A DNA stretch of 12,443 nt from Candidatus Eiseniibacteriota bacterium (GTDB taxonomy: Bacteria > Eisenbacteria > RBG-16-71-46), in NCBI GenBank assembly GCA_044222065.1, contig JBGAOA010000055.1:1-12443 (forward strand), written 5' to 3'. A model generated the notes under the pieces. That model made no database searches and had not been told where the DNA came from. It saw nothing but the letters and a program-made list of their open reading frames with translations. A program made the position numbers and the translations under genes. This document shows positions 1 to 9,000 of this stretch, one piece after another (positions within the stretch are counted from its first letter, which is position 1; each line of letters begins with the position of its first letter).

Positions 1-224
1 AACTGGGTCACGCGCCCGGCCGCGGCCGCCGCGCGCGCCGCCGACTCCGCCGCGTCCGTCGCCCCGAGCGTCTCGATGCCGTCTCCCGCGGTCGCCGCGC
101 GCGCGAGCCGTGCGTACGCGGGCCGGCTCGCGAGCAGCGCGAGCTGGCGGCGCGCTTCGGCTTCGGTGACGCCGCGCTCGGCGAGCTGCGCGAGGTCGGC
201 GGGGCTCAGGTTCACGTCGGGCAC
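1..224 (-). CDS. DUF4301 family protein, N-terminal part (gene continues beyond the left edge)
   Basis: Not in the ORF track. Hand translation from GTG 224 (alternative GTG 215) gives MPDVNLSPADLAQLAERGVTEAEARRQLALLASRPAYARLARAATAGDGIETL...AAAGRVTQ(F). This fits the DUF4301 N-terminus (D-x-x-Q...G-I/V...QL...L-x-R-x-A-T-x-G-D-G-I), which is normally followed by FVPASGAA. Confidence 0.75.
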   Translation of the reverse strand, partial: MPDVNLSPADLAQLAERGVTEAEARRQLALLASRPAYARLARAATAGDGIETLGATDAAESAARAAAAAGRVTQ

Positions 225-264
225 GGCGCACTCAGGACGGTGGAGGTCGGATCGCGAATCGCGC

Positions 265-293
265 ACGGTAGCCGCGGCGACGCGCGCGCTCAA
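265..293 (-). promoter_or_regulatory. possible sigma70-type promoter for the DUF4301 gene
   Basis: Minus strand reads TTGAGC-N17-TACCGT, about 40 nt upstream of the GTG at 224. The match to TTGACA-N17-TATAAT is only partial. Confidence 0.3.
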
Positions 294-325
294 CCCTCGA
301 GTGCGGCGGCTCCGCGGCCGCGCGA

Positions 326-2120
326 TCAGCGCGCGAGAGCGGACACGCCGCGGCGGCGCAGGTAGTCCTCGAGGTCCGGCAGCCGCTCGTCGTTCGGATC
401 GAGCCGGCGCACCGCCGCCGTCGCGCGCGCGGTCTCGGCCACGTCGTCGAGCCGGCTCGAGGCCGCAGCGAGGGCGGCCCACGCGGTCGTGAAGTCCGGG
501 TTCAGCTCGACCGCGCGCCGGTAGAGCGCCTGCGCCTTCGCGTCGTCGCCCCGCATCGTCTCGGCCATGCCCCACTGCAGGAAGTAGCGCGGATTCGGGG
601 CGCTCGCGACGGCCGCTTCGCCCGCCCGCGCCGCGTCGTCGTAGCGCGCGTCAGTGAACGCCCGCGTCGAGAGGAAGTCCCAGGTCGCCGAGCGGGCGAC
701 GCCGCCGCGCTCGGGCGGACCCTGCACCCACGCCTCGATGCGCCGCAGCGACGCGGGGGCGTTCGCCTGCAGGCCGACGGCGAGCAGCGCCGGCGTGGCG
801 GCCCACATCGCGGCCGCGAACCCGAGCGGCGCGGGCGCGCGCTCGTGCGCCGCGGCGAGCGGCGCCGCGGCCGCGAGCGCGAGCGCCAACGCGGCGGGCG
901 CGAACACGTCCCAGTCGCGGAACTCGCCCTGGAGCGGATGGACGAACGCGAACACGGCGAGCGCCGGGATCGCGAGTGCCGCGAGCACGGCGCACTCGCG
1001 CCGCGCGAGCGTCCGCCGCGCGACCCACGGCAGCACGAGCAGCGCGGCGGGCAGGAGCGGCGCGAGCGCCGCGGCGAGGTTCGCGAGTTCGAGCGCGCGT
1101 CCGCCGCCGAACGCGGCGGAGAGGACGCCGAGCCGTTCGGCCTCGGCGGGCAGCACGTGACGGCGGTCGAGCACCGCGACCTGGCGCGCGACGACCGGCG
1201 CGAGCCACGCCCACGCCGCGAGCGGCACCGCGAACCCGGCGAGGTCGAGCGCGCGCACGCCGCGCGACTTCGCGTGCACGGCGAGCCACACGGCCCACGC
1301 GGCGAGGACCGCGCCGATCGTGAACGCGCCCGAGCGGTGCGCCGCGGTCGCGAGCGCGGCCGCGACGCCGAGCGCGAGCAGCCCGCGCCCCGTGCGCGCG
1401 ACCTCGACGCCGAACGCGCCCACGGCGAGCGTCGCGAGCGTGAGTTCGGTGAGCCCCTTCGCGTAGCCGGTCGTCAGCCCGAGCGCGCCGCCGAAGAACG
1501 CGCACGCGAACGCCGCGACGGCGGCGGCGCCGCGCGCGCCGAGCGCGCCCGCGAAGGCGCGCGCGAGCAGCGCGAGCGCGCCGGCCTCGAGCGCGCCGAG
1601 GAGCCGCGCCACCGTGTTCGAGTCTCCGCCGAAGCGCGCGATCGCGGCGCGCGGCAGCGTGAAGTGCAGCCACACGTCGAACGGCATCGCCTGCGGGAAG
1701 AGCCGCGACGGATCCTTGCCGAGCGACGTCGTTCCCTGCCGCAGCACGAAGTCGCCGGTGAAGCGCGTGCGATCGGGGAGCAGCCACGCGAGCAGCACCG
1801 CGCCCGCGAACAGCGCGGCGCCGGCGGCGAGCGCGCGCGCGGGACGCCCGCGCGTCCGGAGCGGCGTCCGCGGGCGGACGCGACGCGACGAGCCCCGCGA
1901 CGAGCAGCCCGAGCGCGATCGCCCACGGCAGCCACGCGAGCGGACCGACGAAGCGCTCGAACGTCCAACCCCAGAGCGTCATGCCGGCGCCGGCGTTCGC
2001 CGCGACGCGCGCGATGAGCAGCATCCCGAGCGCGGCCGCGAGCGCGTACGCCGCGGGTTCGAGCGGGGTGCGCGCGGAGTCTCGGCGCGCGGCGGCGGAA
2101 GGACGGGAGGATCGGGGCAT
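326..2120 (-). CDS. polytopic membrane protein with C-terminal TPR repeats (possibly GT-C glycosyltransferase-like); frameshifted near 1830-1845
   Basis: From ATG 2120 the frame gives two hydrophobic helices (AAYALAAALGMLLIA; LAWLPWAIALGLLVAGLV). The hydrophobic pattern then continues in the 326..1798 frame (ALAAGAALFAGAVLLAWLLPDRTRFTGD), which has TGA at 1981-1979 upstream. The rest has many TM segments, an RDWDVF loop and TPR-like helices (AQALYRRAVELNPDFTTAWAALA). Joined length is about 598 aa. Confidence 0.7.
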
Positions 2121-2172
2121 GCGGGAGGGGCGCGAGCCTAGCACGCGCCCCCGCCGCGCACGCCGCCGCGGG

Positions 2173-2673
2173 CTACTTCGCCGGCTGGAACTGGAGCGAG
2201 ACGGAGTTGATGCAGTAGCGGAGCCCCGTCGGCTCCGGTCCGTCGTCGAACACGTGGCCCAGGTGGCCGCCGCAGCGCGCGCACTCGACCTCGGTGCGCA
2301 CCATTCCGAGCGAGCCGTCCTGGCGCAGCGTGACGTGCGAGGCCGCGATCGGCGCCCAGTAGCTCGGCCAGCCCGTGCCCGAGTCGAACTTCTCGTCCGA
2401 GCGGAACAGCGTCAGGCCGCAGCCCGCGCACACGTAGACGCCGTGCGCGTGCTGGTTCCAGTACGCGCCGGTGAACGCCCGCTCGGTGCCCTCCTGGCGC
2501 AGCACGCGGAACTGCTCGGGGGTGAGGCGCTGCTTCCACTCGGCTTCGCTGCGGACGAGCTTCACGACGCGATCCTCCGTCGGCCGGGGTGAGGTGCGGG
2601 TGGCGCCGTGCGCGAGCCCGGAGGCGAGCGCGACGGCCACGAGAGCGAGTGCGGCCCGGCGTGCGGCGTTCAT
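2173..2673 (-). CDS. msrB: peptide-methionine (R)-S-oxide reductase MsrB with N-terminal signal peptide (166 aa)
   Basis: Motifs [27 protein letters not shown] and CARC (Zn), [21 protein letters not shown] and RYCINS are present. ATG 2673 has AAGGA upstream and begins a signal peptide ([23 protein letters not shown]). Confidence 0.96.
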   Translation of the reverse strand: MNAARRAALALVAVALASGLAHGATRTSPRPTEDRVVKLVRSEAEWKQRLTPEQFRVLRQEGTERAFTGAYWNQHAHGVYVCAGCGLTLFRSDEKFDSGTGWPSYWAPIAASHVTLRQDGSLGMVRTEVECARCGGHLGHVFDDGPEPTGLRYCINSVSLQFQPAK

Positions 2674-2986
2674 TCGGCGAAGTCCTTTCGTGAGGGGGCC
2701 GGCGCACCGGCCGTTCGAGGCGGCGCTCCGATGCTCGGGCGCGCGCACCTCTACAACGCCACGGACGTGCGTTCGGATGTGGAACCTCGGTCAAGGATCC
2801 GCCCGCGCGGGCACTCCGCGGGCGGCGGCCCCGGACGGGCCTCGCACTCGGGCCGTTGCGAATCGCCCGGCCCGGGGGCGGGCCGGGGCCTGAAGCCGCT
2901 CAATGGCGCGGGATTTTGCGCGCCTCCGGCTGGAACGCCCGTTGCAGCCGGGTCCGGCAGGCCCACCCGATCGCTCGGAGGTTTCC

Positions 2987-3445
2987 ATGAGGGGATCCCT
3001 GTCTGTGCTCGCGCTCGCGGCACTGTGCGCCGTCCCGGCGCACGCCGCGCCCGCCTCGCCGTTTTCGCCGCTCACGACGCCGCCCGCCGTGGCGGACGTT
3101 CCCGACTACTCGCCGTCCGCGCCCGCGTCCGCGCCCGGCGCGTTCAGCGTGCTCGTCGAGTTCGACGCCGAGGCCGGCACGTGGCGGCTCCAGCCGTTCC
3201 GCGCGCTCGAGTTCCAGGCTCCGGCCGAGGAGTCGCTCGACCGCTCCTTCGACGGGCTGCACGAAGAGCCGCTCGAAGGCGGCGGCTGGCGCATGGACCT
3301 CGGCGGCCGCTTCATGGACCACCTCGTCGTGCGGATCGACGCGTGCGGCCGGGTGCGGCTCTCGTGCGTGGACGAACTCGCGTCCGCCCGCGCGATCGTG
3401 AACGCGGGTCCCGAGGCGTGCGGGGAAGGACCGGTGGAACGATGA
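2987..3445 (+). CDS. small secreted protein, post-PEP-CTERM-1-like domain (152 aa)
   Basis: GGAGG at 2977-2981 precedes ATG 2987. A signal peptide ends in AHA. The pattern FDAEAG...L-x-RS-x-DGL...GG...DLGGRF...VVRIDACGRVRLSC resembles the small proteins found upstream of PA-domain peptidases. Its stop overlaps the next start (ATGA 3442-3445). Confidence 0.7.
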   Translation: MRGSLSVLALAALCAVPAHAAPASPFSPLTTPPAVADVPDYSPSAPASAPGAFSVLVEFDAEAGTWRLQPFRALEFQAPAEESLDRSFDGLHEEPLEGGGWRMDLGGRFMDHLVVRIDACGRVRLSCVDELASARAIVNAGPEACGEGPVER

Positions 3446-5139
3446 GCCCGCGCACGCTCCGCTCGCTCGCGCTCGCGGCACTCGTCGGCGCGGCGCTCGC
3501 CGCCGCCCCCGCGCGCGCGGCGATCATCACGATCGTCAACGCCGACACCGCCGGCGAGGGCTTCAACGACCCCACGGCGGTCGCGCCGGTCGGCGGGAAC
3601 GCCGGCACGACGCTCGGCCAGCAGCGGCTCAACGTGTTCCAGGCGGCCGCGAGCGTCTGGGCCGGACTGCTGACGAGCAACGTCACGATCCAGGTGCAGG
3701 CGACGTTCGACCCGCTCACGTGCAGTGCGACGAGCGGCGTGCTCGGCAGCGCGGGCACGCAGCAGATCTTCCGCGATTTCTCGGGCGCCGAGTGGACGGG
3801 AACCTGGTACCCGGGCGCGCTCGCGAACCGGCGCGCGGGTTCGGACCTGTCGCCGTCGAGCGCCGACATCAGCGCGCGCTTCAACCGCGACGTGGACAAC
3901 GCGACCTGCCTCGGGGCGGCGAGCTGGTACTACGGCCTCGACGGCGCGGCGGGCACGAACGTGGACCTGTTCCCGGTCGTGCTGCACGAACTCGGGCACG
4001 GGCTCGGATTCGCGACGTTCATGTCCACGTCCACCGGCGCGCTCGCGAGCGGCTTCCCCGACACCTACAACCGCTTCCTGCGCGACATGAACACGAACGC
4101 GCTGTGGCCGAGCCTCACGAACGGACAGCGGCAGACGGCCGCGATCTCGCCGCTCAACGAGGTCTGGGACGGGCCGGCCGTGAGCACTCGTGCGTGGACG
4201 AAGCTGCGGATGCGCCCCGAGCTGACGGTCTCGGCGCCGGCGGGGATCGCCGGCACGTACGCCGCGGGCGTCGCGACTTTCGGTCCCGCTCCCGGCTCCC
4301 CGAACGTGACGGCGCCGGTCGTGCTCGTGAACGACGGCTCCGGCACGACGAGCGACGGCTGCACGGCGTTCGTCAACGGCGCCGCGATCTCGGGCAAGAT
4401 CGCGTTCCTCGACCGCGGCACGTGCAACTTCAACCAGAAGGCGCTGAACGCGCAGGCCGCGGGCGCGGTCGGCGTGATCCTCGCCGACAACGTCGCGGCC
4501 TCGACGCCGCCCCAGATGAGCGGCACGGCGCCCACGCTGACGATCCCGATCGTGAGCGTGACGCAGGCGCTCGGGAACACGATCCGCGCGCAGCTCGGCG
4601 GCGGCGTCACGGCGACGATCCGGGCGAATCCGTTCCGGCTCGTCGGCGCGCACGACAACGGCAAGGTGCTCGTGTACACGCCGAACCCGCTCGTCTCGGG
4701 CTCGTCGGTCTCGCACTTCGACGTCACCGCCGTGCCGAACCTGCTCATGGAGCCGGCGCTGAACAGCGATCTCCTGCACGGCGACGTCGACCTGACGCTC
4801 GACGCGTTCCAGGACATCGGCTGGTTCATCCCGCGCGCGATCACGACGACGCCGCTCTCGAGCGGTTCGATCGCGCTCGCGAGCGCGCCGAATCCGTTCG
4901 CCGACCGCACGTCGCTGCGGTTCTCGCTCGCGCAGGGCGGCTTCACCGACGTGTCGCTCTACGACGTCGAGGGCCGGCTCGTCGCGCGGCTCGCGCACCA
5001 GTGGATGCCGGCGGGCGCGTACGAGCTGCCGTGGGACGGCACGGGGCGCGGCGGCGCCCGCGCGCCCGCGGGCGTGTACCTCGCGCGCGTGAAGACGGGC
5101 GAGGAGAGCCGCTCGCACCGCATCGTGCTCGTGGACTGA
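3442..5139 (+). CDS. secreted zinc metallopeptidase with inserted PA domain and C-terminal FlgD-Ig/T9SS-type sorting-like domain (565 aa)
   Basis: Signal peptide ends in ARA. Zinc motif HELGHGLGF is at 3985-4011. A PA domain follows (GKIAFLDRGTCNFNQKALNAQAAGAVGVIL), then a distal SH at 4711-4716 and a Met-turn-like LLMEP. The tail reads APNPF...LYDVEGRLVARL...WDG...AGVYLARV. The track start at 2608 is a spurious 5' extension. Confidence 0.9.
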   Translation: MSPRTLRSLALAALVGAALAAAPARAAIITIVNADTAGEGFNDPTAVAPVGGNAGTTLGQQRLNVFQAAASVWAGLLTSNVTIQVQATFDPLTCSATSGVLGSAGTQQIFRDFSGAEWTGTWYPGALANRRAGSDLSPSSADISARFNRDVDNATCLGAASWYYGLDGAAGTNVDLFPVVLHELGHGLGFATFMSTSTGALASGFPDTYNRFLRDMNTNALWPSLTNGQRQTAAISPLNEVWDGPAVSTRAWTKLRMRPELTVSAPAGIAGTYAAGVATFGPAPGSPNVTAPVVLVNDGSGTTSDGCTAFVNGAAISGKIAFLDRGTCNFNQKALNAQAAGAVGVILADNVAASTPPQMSGTAPTLTIPIVSVTQALGNTIRAQLGGGVTATIRANPFRLVGAHDNGKVLVYTPNPLVSGSSVSHFDVTAVPNLLMEPALNSDLLHGDVDLTLDAFQDIGWFIPRAITTTPLSSGSIALASAPNPFADRTSLRFSLAQGGFTDVSLYDVEGRLVARLAHQWMPAGAYELPWDGTGRGGARAPAGVYLARVKTGEESRSHRIVLVD

Positions 5140-5157
5140 CCCGCTCGACCCGACGCA

Positions 5158-5185
5158 CGGCGCGCCCGGTCCGCCGGGCGCGCCG
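5158..5185. terminator. hairpin between convergent genes, likely bidirectional terminator
   Basis: Perfect 12-bp stem CGGCGCGCCCGG / CCGGGCGCGCCG with a TCCG loop, lying between the stops at 5139 (+) and 5202 (-). There is no long U-tract. Confidence 0.65.
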
Positions 5186-5201
5186 CCACGTTTCGCTGGG
5201 A

Positions 5202-5805
5202 TCAGCGGGCGCCGAGGCGCCGCCGCGGCGAGCGGCTCCGCGAGCGCGGCCCACTCCGCGTACATCGCCGCCGAAGGGTGCAGACCGTCCGCCGCGAGCA
5301 GCGCCGGCGATTCGGCGGCGCGGCGCGAGACGCCCGTCACGTCGAGCCAGCGCGCGCCGGCCGCGGCCGCGGACTCGCGGGCCGCGGCGTTGAACGCGTC
5401 GATCGCGTGCGCGATCGCGCCACGGTCGCGTCCGGCCGCGAACGGCGTCACCCCCCAGTCCGGGATCGAGACCGCGAGCACGCGCGCCGCGTCGCCGCCC
5501 GCGTACGCGATCGCGCGCCCGAGCAGCGCGCGCTGCCCGGCGCGGAAGCTCTCGAGCGGCAGGCCGCGGTACTGGTCGTTCACCCCGGCGAGCAGCGACA
5601 CGAGTTCGAACGTTCCCGCGGGCGGATCGGCCTCGATCGCCGCCGCGAGTTCGCCGGTCGTCCAGCCGGTGCGCGCGACGATCGCCGGCGGATCGAGCGC
5701 GAGGCCGCGTGCGCGCAGGAGCGCCGCGAGCTGCACGGGCCAGCGCGCCTCGGGCGCCACGCCTTCGCCGATCGTGTAGGAGTCGCCGAGCGCGAGGTAG
5801 CGCAT
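5202..5805 (-). CDS. SGNH/GDSL hydrolase (lysophospholipase L1-like), about 200 aa; apparent 1-nt insertion just before the natural stop
   Basis: Blocks GDSYTIG, RTGWTT, AGVNDQ and DGLHP are present. Removing one base at 5216-5217 gives ...PLAAAALGAR* with TGA at 5204-5202, next to the hairpin. As written, the frame runs on antisense through the peptidase gene (the 899-aa track ORF). Confidence 0.9.
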
Positions 5806-6049
5806 CGTCCGTCCGCTCCGGGGTGTCCGCGACGCGCACCGCCGCGCCGCGAGCCGCGCACGCTAGCCGAGCCCCGGGGCGGCGTCACGGCCGCGCGCGA
5901 AGGACGGCGCGCGTCGCCCGATCGTCCGCGCCCGTCGGCCGGCGCGCGCCGCCGTTCGCCCCGCCGCGCCGACCCGCGCTAGATTGCGCGGCCGGTGCGC
6001 CGGCTCCGGCCACCCGTTCGCGACTTCCCTCCGAAGGAGTTCCCCGACG

Positions 6050-9000
6050 ATGCGCTCCCGATCCGCACGCCGCGCGACGGTGCTCGCCCTCGCGCTGCTC
6101 GCCCTCGCTCGTCCCTCGCTCGCCGCGACGAAGCCCGCCGCGGCCTCGAAGGCCTCGGACGCGCGCTTCAAGTCCGAGACGTTCTCGGGGCTCGCGCTCC
6201 GCAACCTCGGCCCCGCGCTCACGTCCGGCCGCATCACCGACTTCGCGCTGCACCCGTCCGATCCGCACACGTGGTACGTCGTCGCCGCGAGCGGCGGCGT
6301 GTGGAAGACGCGCAACGAAGGCACGACGTGGACGCCCATCTTCGACTCGCAGGGCTCGTACTCGATCGGCTGCATCGCGATCGATCCGAAACGCCCGTTC
6401 ACCGTGTGGGTCGGCACGGGCGAGAAGAACAGCCAGCGCAGCGTGGGCTACGGCGACGGCGTCTACAAGAGCACGGACGGCGGCAAGACGTGGAAGAAGT
6501 CGGGACTCGAGAACTCCGAGCACGTCGGCGAGATCCTGATCCACCCGAACGATCCGAACACGGTGTTCGTCGCGGCGCAGGGCCCGCTGTGGACGCCCGG
6601 CGGCGACCGCGGCCTGTACAAGACGAAGGACGGCGGCGCGACGTGGCGCCGGGTGCTCGAGGTGGACGAGTGGACCGGCGTGAGCGACCTCGCGATGGAC
6701 CCGCGCGATCCGGACGTGCTGTACGCGACGTCGTACCAGCGCGCGCGCCGCGTCTGGACGCTGATCGACGGCGGTCCGGGTTCGGCGATCTGGAAGAGCG
6801 TCGACGGCGGCGAGCACTGGACGAAGATCGTCTCGGGGCTCCCGAAGGCGCAGCTCGGCCGCATCGGCATCGCCGTGTCGCCCGCCAATCCGGACGTCGT
6901 GTACGCGATCGTCGAAGCGCAGAACCGCGAGGGCGGGACGTACCGCTCGGTGGACGGCGGCGCGAACTGGGAGAAGCGCTCCGACTACGTGTCGTCGAGC
7001 CCGCAGTACTACCAGCAGCTCGTCGCCGATCCGAAGGACCCGGACCGCCTCTACTCGCTCGACACGTTCCTGCAGGTGAGCGAGGACGGCGGCAAGACGT
7101 TCCGGCGCGCGGGCGAGAAGTCGAAGCACGTGGACAACCACGTGATGTGGATCGATCCCGCGAACACGGATCACCTGATCGTCGGCTGCGACGGCGGCCT
7201 GTACGAGAGCTTCGATCGCGCGCAGACCTGGCGCTACACGGCGAACCTGCCGATCACGCAGTTCTACAAGATCTGCGTGGACGACGACGAGCCGTTCTAC
7301 AACGTGTACGGCGGCACGCAGGACAACAACACGCAGGGCGGGCCGTCGCGCACGCGCAACTCGAGCGGCATCGTGAACAGCGACTGGTTCGTGACGCTCG
7401 GCGGCGACGGCTTCCAGCCGCGCGTGGATCCGACCGACCCGAACGTCGTCTACTCCCAGTTCCAGCACGGCGAACTCGTGCGCTTCGACCGCCGCACCGG
7501 CGAGCGCGTGGACATCCAGCCGCAGCCGGAGCCCGGCGAGGACGGTTCGCGGTGGAACTGGGATTCGCCGCTCATCGTGAGCCCGCACTCGCACACGCGG
7601 CTCTACTTCGCGTCGCAGCGGCTCTACCGCAGCGACGACCGCGGCGACTCGTGGCGGCCGGTGAGCGGCGACCTCACGCGCCGTCTGGACCGCAACCGCA
7701 TGGAGATGATGGGGCGCGTGTGGAGCGTGGACGCCGTCGCGAAGAACGCCTCGACGTCGTTCTACGGCAACTGCGTCGCGCTCAGCGAATCGCCGAAGCG
7801 CGAGGGCCTGCTGTACGTCGGCGCGGACGACGGCCGCGTGAGCGTGAGCGAGGACGGCGGCGCGCACTGGCGCGCGATCGACCGCTTCCCGGGCGTGCCG
7901 GACCTCTCGTACGTGTCGCGGCTCGAGGCGTCGGTGAACGACGAGAACGTCGTGTACGCCGCGTTCGACAACCACAAGTCGGGCGACTTCGCGCCCTACG
8001 TGCTGCGCAGCGCGGATCGCGGGCGCACGTGGACGTCCATCGCCGGCGACCTGCCGAAGCGCGGCACGGTGTACGCGCTCGCGGAGGATCCGGAGAATCC
8101 GAAGCTGCTGTTCGCGGGCACCGAGTTCGGCGTGTTCTTCACGGTCGACGGCGGAGCCCACTGGGCGCAGCTCAAGGGCGGCATGCCGACGATCTGCGTG
8201 CGCGACCTCGCGCTCCAGGCCCGTGAGCACGATCTCGTGGTCGGGACGTTCGGCCGCGGCTTCTACGTGCTCGACGACTATTCGCCGCTGCGCGTGGCGG
8301 ACGAGTCGTTCCTCGCGCGGCCGCACGCGCTGCTCCCGGTGCGGCCCGCGCTCTGGTACCAGCCGGCTTCGCCGCTCGGCGACGGCGCGAAGGCGCAGCA
8401 GGGCGAAGCGTTCTACAACGCGGACAATCCGCCCTTCGGCGCGACGTTCACGTACTACCTGCGCGAGGGCCTCACGACGCGCAAGGAGCGGCGGCAGAAG
8501 TCCGAGAAGGAGACGTTCGAGAAGGGCGGGAACGTTTATTACCCCGGCTGGGACACGCTGCGGGCCGAGGCGCGCGAGGTCGCGCCGGCGATCGTGCTCA
8601 CGGTCACGGACGAGGACGGCGAAGTCGTGCGCCGCGTCACCGGGCCCGTGGGCGAGGGCTTCCATCGCGTGACGTGGGATCTGCGCTGGCCGACGCCGAC
8701 GCCTGCGTCGCTCGCGCCCGCCACGCGTCCCGACTTCGGCGACGACGACTCGGGCCCGCTCGTCGTGCCCGGCCGCTACCGCGTGCAGCTCGCGCAGCGC
8801 GTGGACGGCGTCGAGACGGCGCTCGGCGATCCGGTCGGCTTCGACGTCGTTCCGCTCGAGGCCCCGCACGCCGGCGTGAACGCGCCGGCGGTGCTCGCGT
8901 TCCAGCGCAAGACGGCGCGGCTGCAGCGCGCCGTGCTGGGCGCGACGCGGCTCACGGCCGACGCGCGCAACCGCGTCGCGCTGCTGCTCGTCGCGATCGA

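Noticed and set aside
651..1830. Arg-rich remainder of the 497-aa ORF 651..2144
   Set aside because: It is out-of-frame read-through after the frameshift; only the part from 2120 to about 1840 looks coding.
2608..3441. N-terminal 278 aa of the 843-aa track ORF
   Set aside because: Low-complexity translation overlapping msrB and the 2987-3445 gene; the signal peptide begins at ATG 3442.
3106..5201. C-terminal ~700 aa of the 899-aa ORF read as an SGNH fusion protein
   Set aside because: It is the antisense of the peptidase and its partner gene, and is explained by a 1-nt indel before the natural stop.
6290..8170. Recurring GACGGCGGC...TGG nucleotide motifs resembling a repeat array or CRISPR
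   Set aside because: They encode Asp-box protein repeats, are degenerate and irregularly spaced, and no cas genes or constant repeat-spacer units are present.
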